DNA of 64,000 nt from an uncultured Holophagae bacterium (GCA_963844865.1 CAWJPY010000008.1:48959-112958), one strand, 5' to 3'. Numbered from the stretch's first letter, positions 1-11,179 are shown. Notes: generated by a model from the sequence alone, not told the origin. Translations and numbers: made by a program.

Positions 1-211
1 CCCCCACCGCTGTAACGCCTCCACTCCGGCACGCAGGCGCTGGGCGTCCACGGGGCCCGACAGTGCCGCCACCCCGATCGGCTCCCCCGCTTCCAGGGGC
101 GAGAAACTGCTCACCACGGACCCACCTTAGCGCACCCGCGGCGCGCCGGATGTGACGCCGGTGGCCGCCCAACTGGGTCCCGGCCGCTCCGCGAGCGATG
201 GCTGAGGGCGC

Positions 212-1267
212 TCACTTCCAGCGGAAGATGCGCAGGGCGATGACGAAGCAGACCAGGCCCCATCCCCCCATGATGAGGAGCTCGCGCCAGGATGCCAGGA
301 GGGGCGCGCCGTCGTTGACCACGGCGCGCAGCGCATCGTTGAGGGCGGTCAGGGGCAGGGCGCGGATCACCGGCTGCACCGCATCGGGGAAGCGGTGGTA
401 GGAGAAGAAGCTCCCCGACACCACCCACATGGGCAGCATCACCAGGTTCATCCAGCCGGAAACGCCCTCCACGGTCTTGGGTCGCGCCGCCAGCAGGAGA
501 CCGACTCCGGAGAAGGTGGCGCCGCCCAGCAGCACCACCACCGTCAGGGCGACGAAGGAACCGTGCACGCTCACGTCGAAGGCCAACCATCCGAAGCCCA
601 CCAGGGCGGCCACCTCGAGGACCAGGAAGACGAGCCGCGACAGGGCGTAGGAGAGCAGGAACTGGGACCGCCGCATGGGCGTCACCGCGAAGCGCTTGAG
701 CAGGTTCCGGGTCCGCGTCAGGACCAGGGAGAAGCCCACTCCCCACAGACCGCTGCCCATGAGGTTGAGGCCGATCAACCCCGGGATGAGGAAGTCGATG
801 TAGCGGTCGCCCGGCTGGGTGACCGGCTCGTCCCGGGCCGCGAGCTGATCGGTGCGCCCGAAGGCCCGCTGCAGGACATCGTCCACCAATGCCCGGGCCG
901 TCCTGGAGTCCGATCGCTGGGGATCGTAGCGGTAGATCACCCGTGGAGAGGACGCGGGACCCGCCGCCTTCACCTCCACATCCACCTTGCCGGTACGCAG
1001 CGCCTGATCCGCGGCGCCCTGGCCCAGCTCCATCACCTCCACTCGCCCGCTCCTCTGAAGCGCCTCCGCCACCCAGCTCGACGCCTCGTCACCTGCAACG
1101 ACCGCCGCCCGCGGCATCTCCGCAGGTCGGCTGCGAAAGGCGATCCCGAGCCCCGCCGCCAGCAGTACCGGGAACACGAAGACCCAGAAGATGGCCTCCG
1201 GCTCGCGGATGAACTCCAGGACCCGGGTCCGGGACAGCTCCACCAGCGGAAGGGGGCGATCAGCCAT
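212..1267 (-). CDS. ABC-2 type transporter permease
   Basis: 351 aa; N-terminal TM helix, extracytoplasmic loop, RYIDFLIPGLIG then five more TM helices; overlaps the stop of the upstream ATPase. Confidence 0.9.
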   Translation of the reverse strand: MADRPLPLVELSRTRVLEFIREPEAIFWVFVFPVLLAAGLGIAFRSRPAEMPRAAVVAGDEASSWVAEALQRSGRVEVMELGQGAADQALRTGKVDVEVKAAGPASSPRVIYRYDPQRSDSRTARALVDDVLQRAFGRTDQLAARDEPVTQPGDRYIDFLIPGLIGLNLMGSGLWGVGFSLVLTRTRNLLKRFAVTPMRRSQFLLSYALSRLVFLVLEVAALVGFGWLAFDVSVHGSFVALTVVVLLGGATFSGVGLLLAARPKTVEGVSGWMNLVMLPMWVVSGSFFSYHRFPDAVQPVIRALPLTALNDALRAVVNDGAPLLASWRELLIMGGWGLVCFVIALRIFRWK

Positions 1268-2246
1268 CGCGGAGCTCCCGGCCGGTGAGGTGGACGAACA
1301 CGTCGTCGAGGGTCGCCTCGTGGGTCGTCAGGCGCTCCAACGGGACCCGGCGCCGCTCCAGCTCGGCCAGGAGCGCCCGCAGCGTCGCCCCCACCTCCCG
1401 CACGCGCAGCAGGAGGTCGCCGTCCCGGGAGGTCACCCCGTCGACGCCGGGCAGGGCGCGCAGCTCCTCGGCGGCGATCTCCCCCGCCAGGCGCACCTCG
1501 ATGACCTGCTCGGCGCCCAGGGACGCCACCAGGCGGGCCGGTGTGTCCAGCGCGATGATCCGGCCGTGGTCCATGATCGCCACGCGCCGGCAGAGCCGTT
1601 GCGCCTCCTCCATGTAGTGGGTGGTCAGGAGCACCGTGCCACCGCGCTCGAGGAACTGCTCCACCACCTCCCACACCTTCAGTCTTCCCTGGGGATCGAG
1701 GCCGGTGGTGGGCTCGTCGAGGAACAGGAGCTCGGGATCGGCCACCAGGGCGCAAGCCAGGGAGAGCCGCTGCACCTGCCCCCCGGAGAGGTTCGCGACC
1801 CTGGCCTTCGCCTTCTCCTGGAGCCCCACCATGGCGATGGTCTCCTCCACCGCCAGGCCCCGGCGGTAGAAGCTGCGGAAGAGCCGCACGGTCTCCCGGA
1901 CCGTCAGCTTGCCGCTGAGGATGGTCTGCTGGAGCTGGACGCCGAAGCGCTCCCTCAGCACCCGGTCGTTCCCCTCACCCCAGCGTTGCCCGAGCACCTC
2001 GACCGTGCCGTCGTCGGCCCTGGTCAACCCTTCCAGGATCTCCACCGTCGTGGTCTTGCCGGCGCCGTTGGGCCCGAGCAGCCCGAAGCACTCCCCTGCG
2101 AACACCTCGAGGTCGAGACCGCGCACGGCCTCGACGCCCGGGTACCGCTTGACGAGCCCCTCACACCGCAGTGCGGCCTGTCGCGCCTGGCCGGGGCTCG
2201 CTGCGTGGGTCATCACATCCACCTCGGACACCGCACCCCCCTTCAA
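1260..2246 (-). CDS. ABC exporter ATP-binding subunit (DrrA/NodI-like)
   Basis: Walker A GPNGAGKTT, signature LSGGQ, Walker B LLFLDEPT, H-loop TTHY. Confidence 0.95.
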   Translation of the reverse strand: MKGGAVSEVDVMTHAASPGQARQAALRCEGLVKRYPGVEAVRGLDLEVFAGECFGLLGPNGAGKTTTVEILEGLTRADDGTVEVLGQRWGEGNDRVLRERFGVQLQQTILSGKLTVRETVRLFRSFYRRGLAVEETIAMVGLQEKAKARVANLSGGQVQRLSLACALVADPELLFLDEPTTGLDPQGRLKVWEVVEQFLERGGTVLLTTHYMEEAQRLCRRVAIMDHGRIIALDTPARLVASLGAEQVIEVRLAGEIAAEELRALPGVDGVTSRDGDLLLRVREVGATLRALLAELERRRVPLERLTTHEATLDDVFVHLTGRELRDG

Positions 2247-2363
2247 CGCGCCTTCTCCGGGGGCGCCGAGCAGGTCCGCCGACGGCGTCCAGGTGCTGCC
2301 GCCGCGGATGAGGATGCCGGCGTCGCAACGGCGCTCAGCACCGCGGCGACGTGGATCCGGAGA

Positions 2364-2642
2364 CTACCAGCTGTCGCGCGGCCGCCGGTCGTTCCGACGG
2401 TCCTGGGCCACGCTCACGCGAATGGGGCGGCCATCCAGCTCGGTGCCGTCCAGGCCCGACATCGCGTCCTCGCCGGCGTCCTCGTCGGCGAAGGTCACGA
2501 AACCGAACCCTCGCGACCGTCCGCTGTCCCGATCGGTGATGACCTTCGCCTCGGTGACCTCGCCGAACTGGGCGAAGGCATCGAACAGGCCCTGGTCATC
2601 AGTGTTCCAGCTCAGGTTTCCCACGAATAGCTTTTTCGCCAT
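2364..2642 (-). CDS. Single-RRM RNA-binding protein
   Basis: MAKKLFVGNLS (RNP2) and RGFGFV (RNP1); 92 aa; start placed at ATG 2642. Confidence 0.95.
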   Translation of the reverse strand: MAKKLFVGNLSWNTDDQGLFDAFAQFGEVTEAKVITDRDSGRSRGFGFVTFADEDAGEDAMSGLDGTELDGRPIRVSVAQDRRNDRRPRDSW

Positions 2643-2752
2643 GCTCTCCATCTCTCTGGGAGCGTCCCCATCCCACGGGCAGCTCCACCTCTTGTGACGG
2701 GGACATCCGGCCCCCGGGCGGTGAACACCCCGGCGGTGATCATTGGACCGCG

Positions 2753-2781
2753 AACGTAATGCCGCCCTCGAGAAATTGCAA
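2753..2781 (-). promoter_or_regulatory. Sigma70-type promoter for the RRM gene
   Basis: Minus strand TTGCAA-N17-TACGTT, about 110 nt upstream of the start. Confidence 0.5.
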
Positions 2782-2818
2782 GTGCGCCACGACACCGGGA
2801 AGGGAATCGAGACGCCCC

Positions 2819-3829
2819 TCACGCCTCGGCCTCGTCGGCGTCCCCCTCGTGGACCGCCCCGGCGCCTTCGCAGGCGGCCAGCGCCTCGACGGCGGCCTCC
2901 GCCACGTCCGACACGGGATCCCGGGTGAGCAGCTCGAGGTCGGCCCGGGCCACGGGGGCGCCGATGCGGCCCAGAAGATCGACGGTGTCCCCGCGGAGAG
3001 CCACGTCCACGGCTTGCAGAGCGGGCAGCAGGTCGGCGGCCAGGGCATCCAGGCAGCGGGCATCCCGCTCCAGGGCCTCCTCCGCCGTGAGGAGCAGACC
3101 GATCCTCGTCTCCATCGTGCTCCTCCGCCACAGCTCGGCGAACACCAGACGCGCCGCGGGCTCACCCAGCAGGTGCGAGGCTGCGTCGAAGCGCCCCGCT
3201 CCCAGCAGCGACGTGAGCACCACCCGGATCCCATCGGTCCCCTGCGCCGCTACGATCCGCTCCCCCAGCTCGTCGGCGCTCACCACGCCCACCACCGTCA
3301 GCCCGCCGTCCACGATGGTTGCCGGCACCGACTGCACGTGCATCGCCCGTGCGCGGGCGGGAACGGCGTCCACGTCCACGACTGTCACGGTCAGCAGTGC
3401 ATCCGCCGCCGCCAACGTCGTCGCCGCACGCACCGCATGGGGGCAGTTCGGACAGCCTGGAGCGATGAAGACCTCGACGGCCGTCGGACGCGCCACGACG
3501 CTCCCCGACCGGGGTTCGCTCTGGACCATGGCCAGCAGCGCTTCCACGAAGGGTCCGGCCTCGGGGCCCTCCGGCAGCGCCCGGTAGTGGACCGCTCCAC
3601 GGCCGCCCACCTCGACCGTGAGCACCGACTCGGAGAGCGCACCGTGCTCGGTTCTGAGAGCGACGGCACCGCCCGTTCCCTCGGAGACCTCCCGCGCGGC
3701 GGCAGCCAGTCGGGCAGCAAAGCCGGACGGCGAGGCCGGCACGTGCAGCCGGAGCAGCGGCCGCTGCGGGGCGCTGCGCACTGCGGAGGCCAGCCGCTGC
3801 AGCGCGCCGGGATCGAACACCCTCTCCAT
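2819..3829 (-). CDS. Thioredoxin-fold protein (AhpF-NTD/PDO-like) with C-terminal HEAT-like repeats
   Basis: VEVFIAPGCPNCP, SVPATIVDG cis-Pro loop; C-terminal LRGDTVDLLGRIG and DVAEAAVEAL helical repeats. Confidence 0.7.
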   Translation of the reverse strand: MERVFDPGALQRLASAVRSAPQRPLLRLHVPASPSGFAARLAAAAREVSEGTGGAVALRTEHGALSESVLTVEVGGRGAVHYRALPEGPEAGPFVEALLAMVQSEPRSGSVVARPTAVEVFIAPGCPNCPHAVRAATTLAAADALLTVTVVDVDAVPARARAMHVQSVPATIVDGGLTVVGVVSADELGERIVAAQGTDGIRVVLTSLLGAGRFDAASHLLGEPAARLVFAELWRRSTMETRIGLLLTAEEALERDARCLDALAADLLPALQAVDVALRGDTVDLLGRIGAPVARADLELLTRDPVSDVAEAAVEALAACEGAGAVHEGDADEAEA

Positions 3830-3989
3830 CGCAGGGCGATCCTAGCGCACCCGCGCCCGCTCGATCCGTCGGCCGGACCGCGCCGACGCCGGTCGCTGCC
3901 TCTGGTCACCGCCGTCGACGGTGTCATCACCCCCACGGGCGGGCACCCTCCGACCAGGCTCGCGCGCCCACGGCAGCACGTACGAGCAG

Positions 3990-5067
3990 CTACACGTTGA
4001 ACCGGAAGTGGACCACGTCGCCGTCCTGGACCAGGTAGCTCTTGCCCTCCAGGCGCAGACTCCCCCGCTCCCGGCAGGCGGTCAGGGAGCCGGCCGCCAA
4101 GAGGTCGTCGTACGGCACCACCTCGGCGCGGATGAAGCCCCGGGAGATGTCGGAGTGGATGGCCGCTGCCGCCTCCACCGCGGGCGTGTCCCGCCGCACC
4201 GACCAGGCCCGGCACTCGTCCTCTCCCACCGTGAAGAAGCTGATCAGGCCGAGCAGACGGTAGGACTCCCGGGCGATCCTCCCCAGGGCGCTCTCGGAGA
4301 TGCCCAGCTCCGCGGCAAAGACCTCGGCATCGCCGGGCTCCAGCTCGGAGATCTCCTGCTCCAGCTTGGCGCACACCGCGGTCGCGGACGCTGCCCCCCG
4401 CGGCCCACTCCCGCCACGCCGGCTCCGCGGACGGGTCCCGGTGCAGGCCCTCCTCGCCCACGTTCACGACGGCCAGGACCGGCTTCAGCGACAGGAAGGC
4501 GAAGCCCCGCAGCCGCTCCTGGGCGCCCCCCTCGAACACTTCCCCCCGCAGGGGACGTCCCTCCTCGAGCACGGCCAGGCAGCGCTCGAGCACCTTCCGT
4601 TCCTCCTCGAGCTCGGGATCGCGGCGCCGGGCAGTCTCACGCTCCAGCCGCGCCAGCCGGCTCTCGACCACCAGCTGGTCCGCCAGCAGGAGCTCGTCCT
4701 CGATCCTCGACAGGTCGCGCAGCGGATCCACGGAGCCCAGGGGGTGGGGCACCGAGGAGTCCGAGAAGGCCCGCAGCACGATCATCAGGGTGTCCATGGT
4801 GCGCAGCTCGGGGATGTTGAGGGAGCTCTCCTGGCGGCGCTCGGACGCCACACCCGGCACGTCCACGTAACGCACCACCGCCGGCGTCGTCTTGCGGGGC
4901 CGGAAGAGCTCGCTGAGAGCCTCCAGGCGGGGGTCCGGGACCTTGCCGATCCCCACCGCCGACTGGTCCCGGCGGCCGGCGGCCGCCAGAGCCTGCGCGT
5001 TGGCGGTGAGCAGGCTGAACAGTGTTGTCTTGCCACTCCCGGCGAGGCCGAGGATCCCGACGTCCAT
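3990..5067 (-). CDS. ychF: YchF/OLA1-family P-loop NTPase (one frameshift near 4380)
   Basis: GLAGSGKTT, KVPDPRL, YVDVPG, then in the second frame LISFFTVGEDECRAW, IHSDISRGFIRAEV and YLVQDGDVVHFRFNV (TGS domain). Confidence 0.9.
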
Positions 5068-5177
5068 GCTGTCTCCCGTGGAGCCGCGGCCGGCGCCGGT
5101 TCCCTCCCGGAAGGGACGGGCGGCCGCGGCGGCGGGCAACCCTAGCACAGCGGGCGGGTCAGATCCAGCCGGGCGCC

Positions 5178-5936
5178 TCAGGTGCGCAGATAGGACGCGC
5201 CGTTGACGTCCAGGATGGCGCCGGTGGTGAACTCGGAGCCCTCCGCGGCCAGGAAGAGCACCGCCTGCGCCACCTCCTCGGGCCGGGCCACTCGGCCGAG
5301 GGGGCTCTGGGCCCGGATGGCGTCGCCCTGAGGTCCCGCCAGCTCCACCGCGGCCATGTCCGTCTCCACCCACCCCGGGGCCACCACCGCCACGTAGATG
5401 CCGTGGGGGGCCAACCGCAGGGCGAGGGACTGGCTCAGGGCGTTGAGCCCCGCCTTGCTGGCGGCGTAGGCCGGAGACTCCGGCTCACCGCGGAACGCGC
5501 CCCGGGACGACACGTTGACGATCCGGCCGCCACCGTGCTCCATCATGAAGCGGGCGGCGCAGTAGCAGACGTTGGCGGCTCCCACGAGGTTGACGTCTGT
5601 GATGCGCCGCCACGCATCCCGCCACTCCGGGTACGCGACCTCGTCGGGAGCGTGCACGAACCAGATGCCCGCACTGTTCACCACGATGTCGAGGGCGCCG
5701 AAGGCGTCGCTGACCTCGGCCACCATGCGCTCCACGGCGCCGGGGTCGGTCACGTCCGCCTGTACGACACGATGAGGCCCACCGGCGAGCCCCGCCAGAG
5801 TCTCCTCGGCGGCCCGCCCATCGGCCACGTAGTTGACGGCCACCCGAGCGCCCCGCGCGGCGAACCCCCGCGCCACCTCGCGGCCGATCCCCCGGGACCC
5901 GCCCGTCACCAGCACGTGCTTGCCGGTAAAATCCAT
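5178..5936 (-). CDS. Short-chain dehydrogenase/reductase (FabG-like)
   Basis: TGGSRGIG, NSAG, catalytic YAASK. Confidence 0.95.
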   Translation of the reverse strand: MDFTGKHVLVTGGSRGIGREVARGFAARGARVAVNYVADGRAAEETLAGLAGGPHRVVQADVTDPGAVERMVAEVSDAFGALDIVVNSAGIWFVHAPDEVAYPEWRDAWRRITDVNLVGAANVCYCAARFMMEHGGGRIVNVSSRGAFRGEPESPAYAASKAGLNALSQSLALRLAPHGIYVAVVAPGWVETDMAAVELAGPQGDAIRAQSPLGRVARPEEVAQAVLFLAAEGSEFTTGAILDVNGASYLRT

Positions 5937-6038
5937 GGCCCGCTCCTCTTCGGCGCATCACCATAGCACCCTCGTCCCTGCCGGCCGGCGGAACCCGAGC
6001 TCGGCGTCTGCTACTGTGGAGGGAAGGAGGAGGCGCTC

Positions 6039-6179
6039 TTGGCACGCAAAGGCGGATCCTACAAGTTCGAGAAGCGGCAACGGGAGATCAACAAGCAGAA
6101 GAAGAAGCGCGAGAAGCAGGAACGCCGGCAGCAGAAGCGGACCGGCGCCGACGAGACGGGAACCTCGGATCCGCCCTGA
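6039..6179 (+). CDS. Small basic protein, 46 aa (not in the ORF track)
   Basis: Strong RBS GGAAGGAGGAGG, TTG start; MARKGGSYKFEKRQREINKQKKKREKQERRQQKRTGADETGTSDPP; fills the gap between flanking genes. Confidence 0.65.
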   Translation: MARKGGSYKFEKRQREINKQKKKREKQERRQQKRTGADETGTSDPP

Positions 6180-6257
6180 GCCCCAGGCCTTGATCGGTGT
6201 AAGAGTCGCCGCCGCGGCCACCCGGTCCGTGGCCCGATTCCGAGACAAACCACCCTG

Positions 6258-7622
6258 CTACAGCGTCACGATCTTGTTGCGGAGCATGGTGACCTCCAGC
6301 GCGAGGCCGGTCTTCGCGGCCAGACGGCGCAGCGCGGCCACGGGGAGGGCCTCGAGATCGCCCTCCAGATTGTCCCCGTAGAGGTACGCGATCACCCGGG
6401 ACCGCACCTGGATCGGCAGCACGAGGCACGCCGCCGCCTCCCGCCCGCCGAGACCGAGCAGCAGGTCCTGATGACCGGACATCCGCGGCAGCGGACCGAG
6501 CCACAGCTCTCCCCCTTGGGCGAGCTGCTTGAACACGGTCGACTCCTCCACGGGGATCGAGATGGACCGCACCCAGAGGGGGTCGATGCCCTCCCCCTCG
6601 CCCCGCCACCCCATGATGATGCCCTCGCGCACCGCGAGCAGGAGGCACCGCCTCAGGTACGGGGTGCAGAAGGCGAACACGGCGTCCGCGATCTCTTCCC
6701 GCATCTCCGCCCCGAGGAGGGTCCGAGCCGCCAGCTCGAGCCGCTCCTCGGCGGAATCCCCCGGTACCGGTTGGGTGCTCACCTCCGGCGTCGACGCGTC
6801 AGCGGTGTCCGCCGACACCTCCGCCGGGCTCTCGCCAGCCTCGGCCCCACCCGCGGCGGTGGCGCCCGCCACCGGCGCGGCGGCGCCCGCCCCTGCGCCG
6901 CCACCCACGCCCACGTCCGTGTCCTCGAGGCTCTTGCGCAGGGAGGGGAAGTCCGCCAGCTCGTCGTCGCTCAGCACCACCACCGCCGTGTCGTCGGGCG
7001 CACGGGAGGGCAAAGCTCCCGGGCGGCGGTCCGAGCCACCCCCGCTCCGGCTCGACCCCGGGCCTTCCGAGCCTCCTCCGGGCGGCCGCGACGTCACCGG
7101 TGACGGTCCGTCCTCCGCCGTCTCCGTCGCACGCTCCCCCTGCTCGTCGGAGCCGAGTCGCTTGAGGAGCGACACCATCTGCACTGGGAGCTCCCGGCCG
7201 TGGTAGCGGGCAAGGGCTTCCTCGATCCGGACCTCCAGCGCCACGAAGCTCGCGATCATGCAGCCGGTCATCAGGGAGAGCTCGTCCTCCATGAGGAGGT
7301 CCTTCGGATCGATGACGGCGACGCTCAGGGTCTTGCCGGAGAGGCGGAACGGAATCACCTGGTGGCGGAGAGCGAACTTCGCCGGCACCATGTCCACCAC
7401 CGGCCGCGGCGCCGCCGTCAGCTCGTGGCCCGACACGGTGCGCGCCGAGCTGTACCTGCCGAGGGCGCGCAGGAGAACCCTTTCCGGCACCAGGCCGAGA
7501 TCCAGCACCACGGTGCCGAAACGGCACTCCAGGCTCTTCTGGGCCTCGAGCGCACGCCGCAGGCCCTCACGGTTGAGGACCCCTTCTCGGAGGAGGAACT
7601 CGCCGAACTTCAACGCCGTCAT
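6258..7622 (-). CDS. MshEN/T2SSE_N domain protein with disordered linker and C-terminal GAF-like domain
   Basis: KFGEFLLREGVL...LRRALEAQ and RFGTVVLDLGLV (MshEN-like), ALRHQVIPF...LSVAVIDP (T2SSE_N); no ATPase motifs. Confidence 0.75.
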   Translation of the reverse strand: MTALKFGEFLLREGVLNREGLRRALEAQKSLECRFGTVVLDLGLVPERVLLRALGRYSSARTVSGHELTAAPRPVVDMVPAKFALRHQVIPFRLSGKTLSVAVIDPKDLLMEDELSLMTGCMIASFVALEVRIEEALARYHGRELPVQMVSLLKRLGSDEQGERATETAEDGPSPVTSRPPGGGSEGPGSSRSGGGSDRRPGALPSRAPDDTAVVVLSDDELADFPSLRKSLEDTDVGVGGGAGAGAAAPVAGATAAGGAEAGESPAEVSADTADASTPEVSTQPVPGDSAEERLELAARTLLGAEMREEIADAVFAFCTPYLRRCLLLAVREGIIMGWRGEGEGIDPLWVRSISIPVEESTVFKQLAQGGELWLGPLPRMSGHQDLLLGLGGREAAACLVLPIQVRSRVIAYLYGDNLEGDLEALPVAALRRLAAKTGLALEVTMLRNKIVTL

Positions 7623-7694
7623 ACCAGCGTTTGTACCATGGCTGCGCCCTCCGAATACCCGCGGCCCCCCTGGAGACGGGCCCTCCCGGTGCGC

Positions 7695-8913
7695 CTACTC
7701 GTAGCGCAGGGCATCGATGGGGTTCAGCCCGGCGGCCTTGCGGGCCGGATAGAAGCCGAAGAAGATCCCGACGCTGGCCGAGAAGGCCAGGGCCAGGACC
7801 ACGGTGGCGGGCGACACCGCCGTCCCCCATCCGGTGAAGTGACCCAGCAGCCGCGAGCCCGTGAACCCCACCGCGATGCCGATGGCCCCGCCGAGCAGGC
7901 TCATCACCATGCTCTCCACCAGGAACTGGGTCATCACGTCCGAGCCGCGGGCGCCGATGGCCAGCCGGATCCCGATCTCGCGGGTGCGCTCGGTGACCGA
8001 CACGAGCATGATGTTCATGATCCCGATGCCGCCGACCAGCAGCGAGATGGACGCGATGGCCGCCAGCAGCAGGGTCATCACCTCGGTGGTGCTCTGCTCC
8101 ATCTCGGCGAGCTCGGTCTGGTTGCGGACGGTGAAGTCGTCCGGGTCGGAGTCGCCCAGGCGGTGGATCTCGCGCATGATGGCCGTGATCTCCTCCTGGG
8201 CCGCGGGGATGTCGTCCGGGGACGACGTCGAGGCCAGGATCTGGGGGATGAACTGGTGCCCGCTGAGCCGGTTCTGGACCGTGGTGTAGGGCGCCAGGAT
8301 CACGTCGTCCTGGTCGTTGCCGCCCGGCGTCTGCCCCTTGCTGCGCCAGCACGCCGATGATCCTGAAGGGCACGTTGCGGAGCCGGATCTCCTGGCCGAC
8401 GGGATCGGAGTCGGGGAACAGGTTGTCGGCCACGGTGTGGCCGAGGACGGCGACCTTGCGCATGGCGCGCTCGTCGTTCGCCGAGAAGAAGGAGCCCGAC
8501 TCCACGTTCCAGTCGCGGATGAGCTGGTAGTCGGTGGAGACGCCGTTGATGAGGGTCCGCCAGTTCCCCTGGCCCCCGATGGCCTGGGTGAAGGTGATGA
8601 TCACCGGTGAGATCGCGGACAGGAAGGTGCTCTCGCGGCGCAGCGTGTCCACGTCGGCGATGGTCAGCCGGTTGAAGCTCCCCGCCCCCCGGGTGACGCC
8701 GCCCTGGTTGGAGGTCCCGGGTGTGATCACCAGCATGTTGGTGCCCAGGTTCTGGATCTGCTCCTGGATACGGTTCTGGGCGCCCTGCCCCACGGCCACC
8801 ATGACGATGACCGCGCCCACGCCGATGATGATGCCGAGCATGGTGAGCAGGGTCCGCATGGAGTTCTTGAGGATGCTCGTCCACGCGACCTTGATCAGGG
8901 TGGAGGCGCGCAT
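7695..8913 (-). CDS. MacB-type ABC permease (frameshift near 8335)
   Basis: RTLLTMLGIIIGVGAVI, GGIGIMNIMLVSVTERTREIGIR, PIDALRYE. Confidence 0.92.
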
Positions 8914-8914
8914 G

Positions 8915-9666
8915 TCAGACCGCCTCCTCGAGCTCGGCCATGGACGCCAGGTCGGTGGCGGCCTGCCGTCGCCCGTCCACGGGCTCGTCCCGCACCACCC
9001 GCCCGTCGCGGAGCTCCACGACGCGCCTGGCATAGCCGGCGATGTCGTGCTCGTGGGTGACCAGGACGATGGTGATGCCCTGCTCGTTCAGCTCCTGGAA
9101 GAGGGCCAGGACCTCCACCGAGGTGCGCGTGTCCAGGTTGCCGGTGGGCTCGTCCGCCAGCAGGAGGGCCGGCCGCGTGACCAGCGCGCGGGCGATGGCC
9201 ACCCGTTGCTGCTGGCCGCCGGAGAGCTCGTTGGGCAGGTGGTGGATCCGGTCGCCCAGGCCGACGCGCTCCAGCGCCTCCCTCGCCAGCTTCCGGCTCG
9301 GCACGTGCTGCCCCGCCGGTCGTACAGCAGGGGCAGCTCGACGTTGTCCAGCGCCGTGGTGCGAGCCAGCAGGTTGAAGCCCTGGAAGACGAAGCCGATC
9401 TTCGAGTTGCGGATGTCCGCGAGCTGGTTCTTGGAGAGCCCATTGATTCCCACCCCGTCCAGCTCGTAGGTGCCGGCGGTGGGCACGTCCAGGCACCCCA
9501 GGATGTTCATCAGGGTGGACTTGCCGCAGCCCGAGGCGCCCATGACGGCGAGGAGCTCGCCGGTCGACACCTCCAAATCGACGCCCTGCAGGGCGTGGAC
9601 CTCGGTGGCGCCGGCCGTGTACACCTTGGTCAGGCCGGCGGTACGGATGACGGTGGTTGCTGCCAT
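8915..9666 (-). CDS. MacB/LolD-type ABC ATP-binding protein (frameshift near 9310)
   Basis: [35 protein letters not shown], split across two frames. Confidence 0.92.
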
Positions 9667-9675
9667 CGAGTCCAC

Positions 9676-10955
9676 CTAGAAGCCGAAGCGCCGGTGACCC
9701 CCCGACGGGCCACCGCCCTGGAAGGGGCTGCTCGAGGCCCCCACGCCGGCCTGGGTGATGCCGGCGATCACCTGCATGCCGTCGGTGAGCTTCGGCCCGG
9801 TCACCTCGGTGTACTGGCCGTCGGTGATGCCCGTCCTCACCGGCGCCACGGCAAGCTCACCCGCGGGGCCCACAGTACCACAGCAGCAGCGGCATCCCGG
9901 GGGCGGTCGGCGCGTCCTTCCATCCCGGGACCGCCGTGTCCCCAGGGCCTCGCGCCGGCCGGGGACGCCCCCGCCGGCGCGCCATCACCGCCGTCGGCGG
10001 GCGACCCCTGCTGCCGCCGCGCGCGCAGCTCCTGGATCATCTCCTCGCTGGGTCGGAAGCGCAGGGCCGCGTTGGGACCTTGAGCACGTCCTCGGCCTTG
10101 GCCACCAGGAACTCCACCGTCGCCGTCATGCCCGGCAGCAGCTTGCCGTCGGGGTTGTCGACGTCGATGACCACCGTGTAGTTGACCACGTTCTCCTCGG
10201 TCGTGGACTGCAGGCGCACCTGCCGCACCGTGCCCTGGAAGGTTTCGTCCGGGTAGGCCTTCACGGTGAAGCGCGCCGTCTGGCCCTCCTGGATCTGGCC
10301 GATGTCGCTCTCGTCCACCGAGGCCAGGATCTGCATCTCGGTCAGGTCGTTGGCGATCCGGAAGAGCCGCGGTGACGAGAAGCTGGCGGCCACCGTCTGC
10401 CCGACGTCCACGTCCCGTTCGATGACGGTGCCCGACACCGGAGCGGTGATGGTGGCGTACCCCAGGTTGCGGCGCGCCCGGGCGAGGCTGGCATGGGCCG
10501 ACTTCACGTTGGCCCGCGCCACGTCCAGGGCGTACTGGGCCTTGTTGAAGTCGGCGTCGGCGGCGATGCCGTCCGCATGCAGCGACTTGAAGCGCTCGAA
10601 GTCCCGCTCCGCTCTGGTGGAGATCGGCCTCGTTGCGCTCCAGGGACGCCTCCGCATCCTCCACGGCCGACTCGAGCAGGGTGGTGTCGAGCTGGGCGAT
10701 CACCTCACCCTTGGTCACCTTGTCGTTGAAGTCCACGGAGAGCTTGGAGATCATGCCCGACACCTGGGTCCCGACCTCCACCATCGTGACGGCATCGAGG
10801 GTCCCCGTCGCCGACACCACCGACTCCAGGTTCCCCTTCTCCACCCCCACGAAACGGTACTGCTTCTCGTTGCCCGATCCACGCCGTGCGAACCCGGCCC
10901 ACGCCACGGCGACCACAGCCACCACGGCCAGCAGCACGATGATCATCTTCCTCAC
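9676..10955 (-). CDS. MacA/HlyD-type periplasmic adaptor (several frameshifts)
   Basis: [57 protein letters not shown]; GTG start with RBS GGAGGG. Confidence 0.88.
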
Positions 10956-11179
10956 GATGCCCTCCAGAAGAACGGCGCATGGTCGCCTGTGAGCAGCGGC
11001 CACTACCGTCCCTACTATAGAACTCCCGCCGCCCGTCAAGTCGTGGTGGGGGCGCGCTAAGAAGCGCAAGGACAGGGCAAACAATCGTGAAGACCTGGGG
11101 CGCCGCCGGGCCGACGGCAACCCGGTCTCCGGAATGGCCCCGGCTCGCATCTGGATTCTCCATTCATCAGGAGGTCGTG

